Part shown: positions 54,888 to 62,915 of the stretch, piece after piece
Layout of the letters: each line of letters begins with the position of its first letter
How positions within the stretch are numbered: the first letter of the stretch is position 1
Origin: Actinomycetota bacterium
Lineage (GTDB): Bacteria; Actinomycetota; Acidimicrobiia; Spongiisociales; UBA11373
Direction: 5' to 3'
NCBI GenBank assembly: GCA_016870535.1
Contig: VGBK01000001.1
Location: forward strand, 11,311 to 75,310
DNA length: 64,000 bases
Made by a program: the position numbers and the translations under genes
The notes under the pieces: model-generated
What the model saw: only the letters and a program-made list of their open reading frames with translations
Database searches by the model: none
What the model was told of the DNA's origin: nothing

Positions 54888-55823
54888 ATGACCCGCATCG
54901 CCCCGCCCCGACCGACGGCCTGGGTAGCGTCCGCGGTGGTGGTGCTCGCCGCCGCGTCGTGCGGCGGGGCCGAGGCGGTCCCCGCCGCGACCACCAGCAC
55001 CGTGGTCGAGGTGTCGCCGGCGTCGCCGCTGGTGGTGGGCGGCCCGGGCCGCTACGAGGTGAACCTGGTCTCCGGGGGCCTGGAGCGCCGCTTCCACCTG
55101 GTCGTCCCCGGCTCGATAGCGAAGCCCGCCCCCCTGGTGGTCGTGCTCCACGGGTTCACCCGCAGCGGCGCCGAGATCGACCGCACCTCGGGCATGTCGG
55201 CGCTGGCGGTGGAGGAGGGCTTCGTGGCGGCCTACCCCGACGGGACCGGCATCCCCCGGCGGTGGATCTCCAGCCCGCTGCTGGGGGACCTCGACGTGGT
55301 CTTCTTCCGGGACCTGGTGAAGGTGGTCTCCGGCGCGGTGGACATCGACCCGCGACGGGTATACGTCGCCGGCTTCTCCAACGGGGGCGGCATGGCGGCC
55401 CGCCTCGCCTGCGACGCCGCCGACCTGGTAGCCGCGGTGGGGCCGGTGGCCGCCGCCTACCCCGGCGGGCCCTGCGATCCCGCTCGGCCGGTGCCGGTGT
55501 TGGCCATCCACGGCACCGCCGACCCGATCGTGCCGTATGAGGGACTCGGGGAGGTGCTGCCCGCAGTAGAGGGGGTCGTGGCGGGCTGGGTGGCCCGCAA
55601 CGGCTGCGCCCCGGCCCCCACCGTCGAAGGTGTGGCCCCCGAAGTGACTCGGGCATCCTGGGCCGGATGCGGCGCCGGAGCCGACGTCCTGCTGTACCGG
55701 GTGGAGGGGGGCCGGCACGGCTGGCCGGGTTCGAGCGACCGGACGCCGTGGGGCAAGACCACCGACGCCATCGATGCCGCGGCGCTGCTCTGGGAGTTCT
55801 TCGCCGCCCACCCCATGCCCTGA
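54888..55823 (+). CDS. PHB-depolymerase-family esterase / alpha-beta hydrolase lipoprotein (LpqC-like)
   Basis: MTRIAPPRPTAWVASAVVVLAAASC|GG lipobox. LVVVLHGFTRSGAE...YVAGFSNGGGMAARLACD (GxSxG nucleophile elbow) ...AIHGTADPIVPY. Confidence 0.65.
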   Translation: MTRIAPPRPTAWVASAVVVLAAASCGGAEAVPAATTSTVVEVSPASPLVVGGPGRYEVNLVSGGLERRFHLVVPGSIAKPAPLVVVLHGFTRSGAEIDRTSGMSALAVEEGFVAAYPDGTGIPRRWISSPLLGDLDVVFFRDLVKVVSGAVDIDPRRVYVAGFSNGGGMAARLACDAADLVAAVGPVAAAYPGGPCDPARPVPVLAIHGTADPIVPYEGLGEVLPAVEGVVAGWVARNGCAPAPTVEGVAPEVTRASWAGCGAGADVLLYRVEGGRHGWPGSSDRTPWGKTTDAIDAAALLWEFFAAHPMP

Positions 55824-55881
55824 GCGCGCCGGGGCCCGGCGCTTCGGCCGGGCCCCGTGACCTGCCTGGGTGGCGGATCGG

Positions 55882-56496
55882 TCAGTTGGTGTACGGGACC
55901 GAGAAGGTGAGCATGCCGGTGCAGGCCACCTCGCCCGCTTCGGGCACACCGGCCTGGGAGCCCAGGGGTCCGTCATCCCAGACCCCGGAGAAGATGATGA
56001 TGTTCCCGCGCTGGCCGGTGGCGGCATCGCCCGGCGCCTTGAAGCCCAGGTTGACGCGCAGCACGTCGTCCAACTGGGCGGCGGTGGGCGGGTCGGCGCC
56101 GAGGTCCACGGTGCTGACGATGGCCTGCCAGGTGTAGCCGGTGATGTCTGCCGCGTCGAGGCCGTTGGACGAGCAGACGCCCCCGCTGCGCATCAGGTTC
56201 CGGAGCACGGGTGCCAGGGCCTTGCCCACGGGCCCGCCCCAGTTGCCGGTGAGGTCGAAGTTGGAGGCGTATTGGTAGGCGATGTTGCTGGTCCCCACCA
56301 GCAGCACCACCCGGCCCACCTGCGTGTCGAGGGTCGACCGGCTCAAGGGGAACAGGCTCAACTTCACCTGGGCGGTCCCGTTGGCCGCCAGGCTCTTGGG
56401 GGTGATGCTGAACGCCCGGATCTGGAAGCAGCCGCTGGTGACCAGGGCGACCACCAGCAGCAGGGCCAGGAGCAGCCAAGTGCGCTGCCGCTTCAT
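55882..56496 (-). CDS. Lipoprotein, function unknown
   Basis: MKRQRTWLLLALLLVVALVTSGC|FQ lipobox, followed by a roughly 180-aa extracytoplasmic domain. Confidence 0.5.
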   Translation of the reverse strand: MKRQRTWLLLALLLVVALVTSGCFQIRAFSITPKSLAANGTAQVKLSLFPLSRSTLDTQVGRVVLLVGTSNIAYQYASNFDLTGNWGGPVGKALAPVLRNLMRSGGVCSSNGLDAADITGYTWQAIVSTVDLGADPPTAAQLDDVLRVNLGFKAPGDAATGQRGNIIIFSGVWDDGPLGSQAGVPEAGEVACTGMLTFSVPYTN

Positions 56497-56606
56497 TTCG
56501 TCCCTCCTCAGGGGTTGGGCGCGCGACGTTAGATAGCACTGTGCGGGTAGTTGTATCGGTCTGGGCCCTGCCGGGCCCTTCGGCCGGGCTCCTACACTCG
56601 CCGTTC

Positions 56607-57356
56607 GTGAGGCTGCGGGTTCTCGGCTCCAACGGCACCTACCCCACTCCCGGCCAACCCTGCTCCGGGTACCTGGTGGAGGCGGGCGGGACCCGGATCA
56701 TGCTCGATGCGGGGCCCGGGACGGTGGCCGCGTGGCAGGAGGCCGACCCGGCCGGGCATCTGGATGCCCTGGTGGTCACCCACGCCCATCCCGACCACTG
56801 CTCCGACGTGTTCCACCTGTTCAACCTGCTCCGTTTCGGCCCCAACTCCCGCTCCGGCCTGCCGGCCCTGGCCCCGGACGGCGTGGCCGCAGCCCTCGCC
56901 GCCTTCCTGGGGGTGGGTGAGGACCACGCCTTCCACCGGGTGTTCGCCTGGCGGACCGTGGCGCCGGGCGACTCGGTGCAGGTGGGAGAGGCCGCCCTGG
57001 CCTTCGCCGCCACGCAACACCAGTTGCCGACGCTGGGCGTCTCGGTGTCCGTGCCGGGGCGCCGCCTGGTCTACTCGGCCGACACCGGGCCCGGCGGCGG
57101 CCTGCCCGCCCTGGCCGCCGGCGCCGACCTGCTGCTCTGCGAGGCGACCCTGCAGGGTGAGGGGGCCGACGGAGGCTGGCCCTACCACCTGAGCGCGGCC
57201 CAGGCCGGCACCCTGGCTCGTGAGGCCGGGGTGGGGCGCCTGCTGCTGACACACCTGGCCCCTATGTTGGACCCTGCTCGCTCTGCTGCCGAGGCCGCCG
57301 CGACTTTCGGGGGCCCGGTTCAGTGGGCGGCTCCCGGCATGGAGGTGGAAGTATGA
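56607..57356 (+). CDS. MBL-fold metallo-hydrolase (Rv1339-like phosphodiesterase family)
   Basis: The GTG at 56607 gives VRLRVLGSNGTYP...VVTHAHPDHCSD (the HxHxDH motif). It holds the conserved position upstream of rph-rdgB, as in mycobacteria. Confidence 0.7.
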   Translation: MRLRVLGSNGTYPTPGQPCSGYLVEAGGTRIMLDAGPGTVAAWQEADPAGHLDALVVTHAHPDHCSDVFHLFNLLRFGPNSRSGLPALAPDGVAAALAAFLGVGEDHAFHRVFAWRTVAPGDSVQVGEAALAFAATQHQLPTLGVSVSVPGRRLVYSADTGPGGGLPALAAGADLLLCEATLQGEGADGGWPYHLSAAQAGTLAREAGVGRLLLTHLAPMLDPARSAAEAAATFGGPVQWAAPGMEVEV

Positions 57357-58060
57357 GACTCGGACGAGGCCCCGATGAGTTGCGCCCGGTGCGCCTGGTG
57401 CGCGGCTACACCGAGATGACCCCGGGCTCGGTGCTCATCGAGATGGGCCGCACCCGGGTGCTGTGCACTGCCTCGTTCGATCCCGAAGGCCCGCGCTGGC
57501 TGCGCGCCGAGGGCCGGGGCTGGGTCACCGCCGAATACGCCATGCTGCCGGGGTCCAGCAAGGAGCGGATCCCCCGCAGTTCCGTCTCCGGAGGCCGGGT
57601 CAAGGAGATCCAGCGCCTGATCGGCCGCGCCCTGCGCGCGGTGGTCGATCGGGAGGCCATGGGGGAGGGGACGGTGCGGGTCGACTGCGACGTGCTGCAG
57701 GCCGACGGCGGGACGCGCACCGCCGCCATCACCGGCGCCTGGCTGGCCCTATACGACGCCTTCACCGGAGCCGTCGAGCAAGGACTGCTGGCGGCTCATC
57801 CTGTGGTCGACCACTGCGCCGCAGTGAGCGTGGGCCTGGTGGGCGACACCGCGCTGCTCGACCTGGACTACGAGGAGGACGCCGGGGCCGACGTCGACCT
57901 GAACGTCGTGATGACCGGCGGCGGCGGCCTCGTCGAGGTCCAGGGAACCGCCGAGGGCCGGGCCTTCAGCCGCGAGCAACTGAGCGCCCTGCTCGACCTG
58001 GCGGAGAGCGGGGTGGCCGGCCTGATCGAGGCGCAGCGCCGGGCCTTGGCGGGGCCATGA
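57353..58060 (+). CDS. rph: Ribonuclease PH
   Basis: MRLGRGPDELRPVRLVRGYTEMTPGSVLIEMGRTRVLCTASF...VDCDVLQADGGTRTAAITGAWLAL is canonical RNase PH. Its ATG overlaps the MBL stop (ATGA). Confidence 0.9.
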   Translation: MRLGRGPDELRPVRLVRGYTEMTPGSVLIEMGRTRVLCTASFDPEGPRWLRAEGRGWVTAEYAMLPGSSKERIPRSSVSGGRVKEIQRLIGRALRAVVDREAMGEGTVRVDCDVLQADGGTRTAAITGAWLALYDAFTGAVEQGLLAAHPVVDHCAAVSVGLVGDTALLDLDYEEDAGADVDLNVVMTGGGGLVEVQGTAEGRAFSREQLSALLDLAESGVAGLIEAQRRALAGP

Positions 58061-58632
58061 GCCTGCCGCCACGCCTGGTGCTGGCCACCAAGAACCGCGA
58101 CAAGGTGCGGGAAGCGCGGGCCGTCCTGGCCGAGGTGGCGCCGGGGGTCGAGTTGGTCGAGGGCTTCGACTGGCCCGACGTCGAGGAGACCGGGGCGACC
58201 CTCGAAGAGAATGCCCTGCTGAAGGCCCGGGCGGTGGCCGCTGCGACCGGACTGGCCGCCGTCGCCGATGACACCGGCCTGGAGGTGGCCGCCCTCGGCG
58301 GGGCGCCGGGGGTGCATGCGGCGCGCTACGCCGGCCCCGAAGCCGGGTACGCCGCCAACCGGCGCGCCCTGCTCGAAGCCCTCGAGGGAGCGACCGACCG
58401 GCGGGCCCGCTTCCGCACTGTGGTGGCGCTCGTGGTGCCCGGCGGCGAGGAGGTGCTGGCCGAGGGCGCGCTCGATGGGTTCATCACCAGAGAAGAGCGG
58501 GGAGGCGGGGGGTTCGGCTACGACCCCATCTTCGCGGTCGAGGGTCGCACGCTGTCCGAAATGGGGGAGGACGAGAAGAACCGCATCAGCCATCGGGCAC
58601 GGGCGCTGACCGCGCTGACAGAACTCGCCTGA
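58057..58632 (+). CDS. rdgB: Non-canonical purine NTP pyrophosphatase (RdgB/HAM1 family)
   Basis: MSLPPRLVLATKNRDKVREARAVL...ADDTGLEVAALGGAPGVHAARYAG...FGYDPIF. Its ATG overlaps the rph stop (ATGA). Confidence 0.85.
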   Translation: MSLPPRLVLATKNRDKVREARAVLAEVAPGVELVEGFDWPDVEETGATLEENALLKARAVAAATGLAAVADDTGLEVAALGGAPGVHAARYAGPEAGYAANRRALLEALEGATDRRARFRTVVALVVPGGEEVLAEGALDGFITREERGGGGFGYDPIFAVEGRTLSEMGEDEKNRISHRARALTALTELA

Positions 58633-58639
58633 GAGCCGG

Positions 58640-58724
58640 TGCGGGCGGTGGGACTCGAACCCACATCGGGCTGGCGCCCACCGGATCCTAAGTCCGGCGC
58701 CTATGCCAATTCGGCTACGCCCGC
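58640..58724 (-). tRNA. tRNA-Leu (anticodon TAG)
   Basis: Reverse complement GCGGGCGTAGCCGAATTGGCATAGGCGCCGGACTTAGGATCCGGTGGGCGCCAGCCCGATGTGGGTTCGAGTCCCACCGCCCGCA. It has a 7-bp acceptor stem, a long variable arm, an anticodon loop CTTAGGA and a GTTCGAGTC T-loop. Confidence 0.8.
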
Positions 58725-58764
58725 GGCAGGGCCAGGGTAGTGGGCCGGGCTTCGGCGGTAGGCG

Positions 58765-60897
58765 TCAGGCTCGGCCGGCGGCGACCTCTTCTTCGCGGGT
58801 ACGGCCGGCGAGCAGGATCAGGTCCTCGTGCAGTTCGAACCAGATGCTGTGGTAGCTGTCCACCCGGGGCGAGGCGATGTAGCGGGAATCGCCCTCGGCC
58901 ACCCGGAGGGCGGCCTCGTCGAGCCGCGCGGCGTACCCCCCCAGCCAGGGCAGCGACCCGGCAAGTCCGGCGAGCCAGGGCCCGGCTCCGGCGTGGAGTT
59001 CGGCCACCTCGGCCAGCACCCCGGCGTCGTAGGCGGCGTCGGTGTGGTCGTTGATCACCTGCTGGCCATCGACCTCGCGCATCTGCCAGGCGGTGACCAC
59101 CGCCTTCATCTTCCGGTCGAAGGGAACGAAGGCCTCCAGGGCGGCTTCGGCATCGGCGTTGCCCCACTGCGTGGTGTCGGCGGCGACCAGGGCGGCCCCC
59201 TTCTCCCTCCCTTCGGGCGTCAGGGAGAACATCCCCCCGGCGCTCTTGACCACTCCGGCGGCCGCCGCCTGCTCCAGCGCGGACGCTACGGCGGCTTCGG
59301 GCGCCCGGAGGATGGTGGCCACCCCGGCCGGATCGGCAATCCCCTTCACCGTAAGGGCCCGCGCCACCCCGTCCACCGTGGCTTCCTCGGTGGCAGAAGC
59401 GGATCCGCCGGGCGCGGCTGCCGGCACCGCCTCGGGGGCGGCGATCTCGATGCCGAGTTCCTTGGCCCAGGCCAGCAGCGTGGCCGCCTCGGGCACGACG
59501 GCGGCAACCCCCGCCACCGCTCCGGCGAACACCTCGCCGCGGTTCCCGTCGATGGTGATGACCTCCCCGGCAGCAAACCGGTGCCCACCGATGATCACCG
59601 TATCGCCGCGCACTTGCACCTCGGCAGCGCCCACCACCGCAGGGATGCCCCAGCCCCGGGCCACCACGGCGGCGTGGCTGGCCAGGCCCCCGGTGGCGGT
59701 GAGGATCCCGACGGACTTGGCCATGCCGGGCACGTCGTCGGGTGAGGTCTCCCGGCGCACCAGGATCACATCGCGGCCCTGCTCCCGGGCGGCCACCGCC
59801 GCCGCGGGACTGGTGACGATCTCGCCGCAGGCCAGGCCGGGAGAGGCTCCCAGGCCCCGGGCGATGACTGCCGCCGTCTCCTGCCTCTCGGAGGGGGCGT
59901 GGGGCGGATCGGTCAGCAGGTGGGCCACCCGTCGCACCGCGTCGACGCGGGAGAGGGGGAAGTCGGGATCCTCGGCCATCTCCACCGCGATGCGGAGGGC
60001 CGCCTGGGGGCTGCGTTTCCCCACGCGAGTCTGCAGCATCCACAGGCGCCCCCGCTCGATGGTGAACTCAATGTCGCAGACGTCGGAGTAGAAACGCTCC
60101 AGGGCGGCGGCGTTGGCGCGCAGTTCGGCGGCGACCGCCGGCATCCGCTCGTCGAGCACGGCGATGGGCTCGGTCTGGTGCGTGCCGGCGACCACATCCT
60201 CCCCCTGGGCGCAGAACATGATGTCGCCGTACAGGGCGTTCTCCCCGGTGGCCGGGTTGCGGGTGAAGATCACCCCGGTGGCCGAGTCGTCGCTGAGATT
60301 GCCGAAGACCATGGCCTGGATGATCACCCCGGTGCCCAGGTCGTCGGGAATGCCCTCGCGTCGCCGGTAGGCGACGGCGCGTTCGCCATTCCACGAGCGA
60401 AAGACCGCTTCCACCGCCCCACGCAACTGCTCCCAGGGATCCTGGGGCACCGGCACGCCGACGACCTCGAGGTAGGACTCCTCCAGCCGGGTGCGCAGCG
60501 CCTCCACGAAGGCGGCATCGCCCGACGACCGGGCCAGGGCCGGGGCGGTGGCCGCGTTGAGGCCCAGGTTGAGCAGGGTGTCCATCATCCCCGGCATCGA
60601 GACGGGAGCCCCCGAGCGCACGCTCACCAGCAACGGGTCCGCCGGGTCGCCGAAGCCGCGGCCCAGCGCGTGCTCCAGGCGGGCCAGGTGGTCTCTGATC
60701 TCCGCCTCCAGGCCCTCGGGCCAGCCGGCGGCCAGGTACTCCAGGCAGGCGGCGGTGGACACGGCGAAGGCGGGGGGCACCGGCAGCCCGAGTTCGTTGG
60801 CCATGGCGGCCAGGTTGGCCGCCTTGCTGCCGATGATGCGGCGGGCTTCGGGGAGCGGCCGTCCGTGCAGATCCTCGAAGGAGAACACCCGGGTCAT
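58765..60897 (-). CDS. PEP-utilising enzyme family protein (PPDK-type ATP-grasp N-domain plus phosphohistidine swivel domain; no C-terminal PEP/pyruvate TIM barrel)
   Basis: The ATG at 60897 gives MTRVFSFEDLHG...GSKAANLAAMAN...ATGVIFTRNPATGE (pyruvate phosphate dikinase N-terminal ATP-grasp) ...GILTATGGLASHAAVVARGWGIPAVVG (mobile His domain). The roughly 250-aa C-terminus has unknown function. The N-terminal extension of the ORF is a read-through into the repeat array. Confidence 0.7.
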   Translation of the reverse strand: MTRVFSFEDLHGRPLPEARRIIGSKAANLAAMANELGLPVPPAFAVSTAACLEYLAAGWPEGLEAEIRDHLARLEHALGRGFGDPADPLLVSVRSGAPVSMPGMMDTLLNLGLNAATAPALARSSGDAAFVEALRTRLEESYLEVVGVPVPQDPWEQLRGAVEAVFRSWNGERAVAYRRREGIPDDLGTGVIIQAMVFGNLSDDSATGVIFTRNPATGENALYGDIMFCAQGEDVVAGTHQTEPIAVLDERMPAVAAELRANAAALERFYSDVCDIEFTIERGRLWMLQTRVGKRSPQAALRIAVEMAEDPDFPLSRVDAVRRVAHLLTDPPHAPSERQETAAVIARGLGASPGLACGEIVTSPAAAVAAREQGRDVILVRRETSPDDVPGMAKSVGILTATGGLASHAAVVARGWGIPAVVGAAEVQVRGDTVIIGGHRFAAGEVITIDGNRGEVFAGAVAGVAAVVPEAATLLAWAKELGIEIAAPEAVPAAAPGGSASATEEATVDGVARALTVKGIADPAGVATILRAPEAAVASALEQAAAAGVVKSAGGMFSLTPEGREKGAALVAADTTQWGNADAEAALEAFVPFDRKMKAVVTAWQMREVDGQQVINDHTDAAYDAGVLAEVAELHAGAGPWLAGLAGSLPWLGGYAARLDEAALRVAEGDSRYIASPRVDSYHSIWFELHEDLILLAGRTREEEVAAGRA

Positions 60898-61011
60898 GAT
60901 GCGGCTTCCATCCTCGTGAGACTGACTCAGGAGAGCGCCGCCGCATGGTAGTTGGGGCGGGAGAGGCCTCGGCCATCCCCCGCCGCGGGTGCGAATGGGG
61001 GTTGGGGCGGG

Positions 61012-61270
61012 GTTGTGAAGGGCGCGGGGGAGGCCTGCGTGTGCAGCAGCCCCCTCCGGGTTCGGCCTGGCGGCCTCACCCACGTTCCCCCGTTGCCACG
61101 GGGGAGGGAAGCGAAGGGCGCGACGGAAGCCTGCGTGTTCCGCTTCCCCCTCCGGCGGCTCCCAGAGCCTCGCCGCCGCCTCCCCCGTTGCCACGGGGGA
61201 GGGAAGGGCCTGGCCCCCCTCCGGCGGGTTCCAAAGCCTCGCCGCCACCTCCCCCTTGGAGGGGGAGGAA
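61012..61270. repeat. Tandem array of about 3 imperfect ~96-bp REP-like units, each carrying GC-rich hairpins
   Basis: Unit A is 61012-61111, unit B 61112-61206 and unit C, truncated, 61207-61270. Shared blocks are gaagggcgcg, gcctgcgtgt, ccccctccgg, agcctcgccgccRcctccccc, and the hairpins cccccgttgccacggggg (copies at 61087 and 61183) and ctcccccttggagggggag (61250). Confidence 0.6.
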
Positions 61271-61306
61271 CAGCCTGGCGCTTCCTCCGTACCAACGGGA
61301 AGCGAG

Positions 61307-61380
<74 letters not shown>

Positions 61381-61466
61381 GGAGCAAGGTTAGCCAGCCG
61401 TCCCGGAGGCACAACCGGGGTAGTGGCGGTCCTCTAGGCTCTGCCGCACACCAGCGAGGAGGCGGA

Positions 61467-62459
61467 GTGTCCCTCTGGGAATCTCCGGAAGACATCGTCG
61501 CCGCCCTGCAGGCCTACTCGTCGGCGGCCGCGCTGGGAGCCGCACTGGAACTGGGACTGCCCCGGCTGCTCGAGTCCGGGCCCCAGGACGCCGCGGTGGT
61601 GGCTGCGAGCCTCGGGATGCCGGTGGGGCGCTGCCGCTGGTGGCTGCAGGTGCTGGTACACCTCGGCCTCCTCGAGCGGACCCCCGGCGGCTATGGGGTG
61701 GCGGCGGCCGCCCGGCGGGCCCTCTCTGCCTACCGTCCTGAGTCGTGGGCCTTCCTGGCTCGGGAGGAGCGGGAACGCCTGCCTGCGGTGGTCGAGGCTC
61801 CCGCCCGGCTGACCCGGCCCGCCGTTGCCGGTGAGGCGGCGCCTGAAGACTACCTGGCCAAGATGGCGGCGGATCCGGAACGGGCCCGGGCTTTCACCCG
61901 CATGCTCTACGACCTGCATCGCGGCCTCGCTACCCGCCTGACGGAAGCCCTCGACCTGGCCGGGGCCCGGCGCCTGCTCGACCTGGGCGGCGGGTCGGGG
62001 GTGATGTCGCTGGCGCTTCTCGACCGTCACCCCGGCCTCAGCGCCGTAGTGGTGGATCTGACCCCGGTGTGCGCCGAAGGGCGGCGGATCGCTGCCGAGC
62101 GGGGCCTCCAGGATCGCATCGAGTACCTCGAGGGGGACTTCCTCACCGCCGACTTGCCCGGGCGGTTCGACCTGGTCCTCGAGTGCGACGTCGGCGTGTA
62201 CCCGGAGGCGCTCTTCCCCCGGGTGCGCGGGGCCCTCGAGCCCGGCGGCCGTTTCCTCATCGTCGATCTCATGGCCGATGCCGGCGCGGAGTTGCCCGAG
62301 CGGGAGTTGCACTGGGGCTTCACCGCCGCTCTCGCCGGTCCCAGCGAGCCCCCGATGACCTGGGCGCGGCTCCGCGAAGTGGCCGCGGCGGGCGGGTTTC
62401 GCCCGGGGCAGGAGCGGGAACTGGGGGAGGGCTACCGGCTCCTCGAAGCCCGGCCCTGA
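61467..62459 (+). CDS. Class I SAM-dependent O-methyltransferase (family-2 OMT with an N-terminal dimerisation/winged-helix domain)
   Basis: The GTG at 61467 follows GAGGAGG. LDLGGGSGVMSLALLDRHPGLSAVVVD (SAM motif I) ...LECDVGVYPE. The upstream 5' part of the 504-aa track ORF is a read-through of the repeat array. Confidence 0.7.
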   Translation: MSLWESPEDIVAALQAYSSAAALGAALELGLPRLLESGPQDAAVVAASLGMPVGRCRWWLQVLVHLGLLERTPGGYGVAAAARRALSAYRPESWAFLAREERERLPAVVEAPARLTRPAVAGEAAPEDYLAKMAADPERARAFTRMLYDLHRGLATRLTEALDLAGARRLLDLGGGSGVMSLALLDRHPGLSAVVVDLTPVCAEGRRIAAERGLQDRIEYLEGDFLTADLPGRFDLVLECDVGVYPEALFPRVRGALEPGGRFLIVDLMADAGAELPERELHWGFTAALAGPSEPPMTWARLREVAAAGGFRPGQERELGEGYRLLEARP

Positions 62460-62506
62460 GGCGGGCGGCTCTACCGGGGGTGGCGCCCGTGCCACAATGA
62501 CGAGGA

Positions 62507-62580
62507 CGGGCTGTAGCGCAGCTTGGCAGCGCACCTGCTTTGGGAGCAGGGGGTCGCCGGTTCGAATCCGGCCAGCCCGA
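62507..62580 (+). tRNA. tRNA-Pro (anticodon TGG)
   Basis: CGGGCTGTAGCGCAGCTTGGCAGCGCACCTGCTTTGGGAGCAGGGGGTCGCCGGTTCGAATCCGGCCAGCCCGA. Anticodon arm CCTGC-TTTGGGA-GCAGG. Confidence 0.8.
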
Positions 62581-62609
62581 CGCTCCGGGCTATGCTGCCC
62601 GGGCCACCG

Positions 62610-62680
62610 GCGGGTGTAGCTCAATGGCAGAGCTCCAGCCTTCCAAGCTGGCGGTGGGGGTTCGATTCCCCTCACCCGCT
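62610..62680 (+). tRNA. tRNA-Gly (anticodon TCC)
   Basis: GCGGGTGTAGCTCAATGGCAGAGCTCCAGCCTTCCAAGCTGGCGGTGGGGGTTCGATTCCCCTCACCCGCT. Anticodon arm CCAGC-CTTCCAA-GCTGG. Confidence 0.8.
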
Positions 62681-62700
62681 CGAGGGCTTAGGTGTCGCGC

Positions 62701-62773
62701 CGCCCCTGTAGCTCAGTGGACAGAGCAGGAGCCTTCTAAGCTCTTGGTCGGGGGTTCGAATCCCTCCGGGGGC
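62701..62773 (+). tRNA. tRNA-Arg (anticodon TCT)
   Basis: GCCCCTGTAGCTCAGTGGACAGAGCAGGAGCCTTCTAAGCTCTTGGTCGGGGGTTCGAATCCCTCCGGGGGCG. Anticodon loop CTTCTAA. Confidence 0.8.
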
Positions 62774-62786
62774 GCCGGACCCCGCA

Positions 62787-62862
62787 TGGTGGCCGTAGCT
62801 CAGTTGGTTAGAGCGCCAGGTTGTGGCCCTGGAGGTCGGGGGTTCGAGTCCCCTCGGTCACC
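62787..62862 (+). tRNA. tRNA-His (anticodon GTG) with an encoded G-1
   Basis: G-GTGGCCGTAGCTCAGTTGGTTAGAGCGCCAGGTTGTGGCCCTGGAGGTCGGGGGTTCGAGTCCCCTCGGTCACC-C. Anticodon arm CCAGG-TTGTGGC-CCTGG. The extra 5' G is typical of tRNA-His. Confidence 0.8.
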
Positions 62863-62915
62863 CGAGGAACGAGGCGGCGGCGCCGCCTCGTCGTTTGCGT
62901 CGGGAAGGTGGTGCA

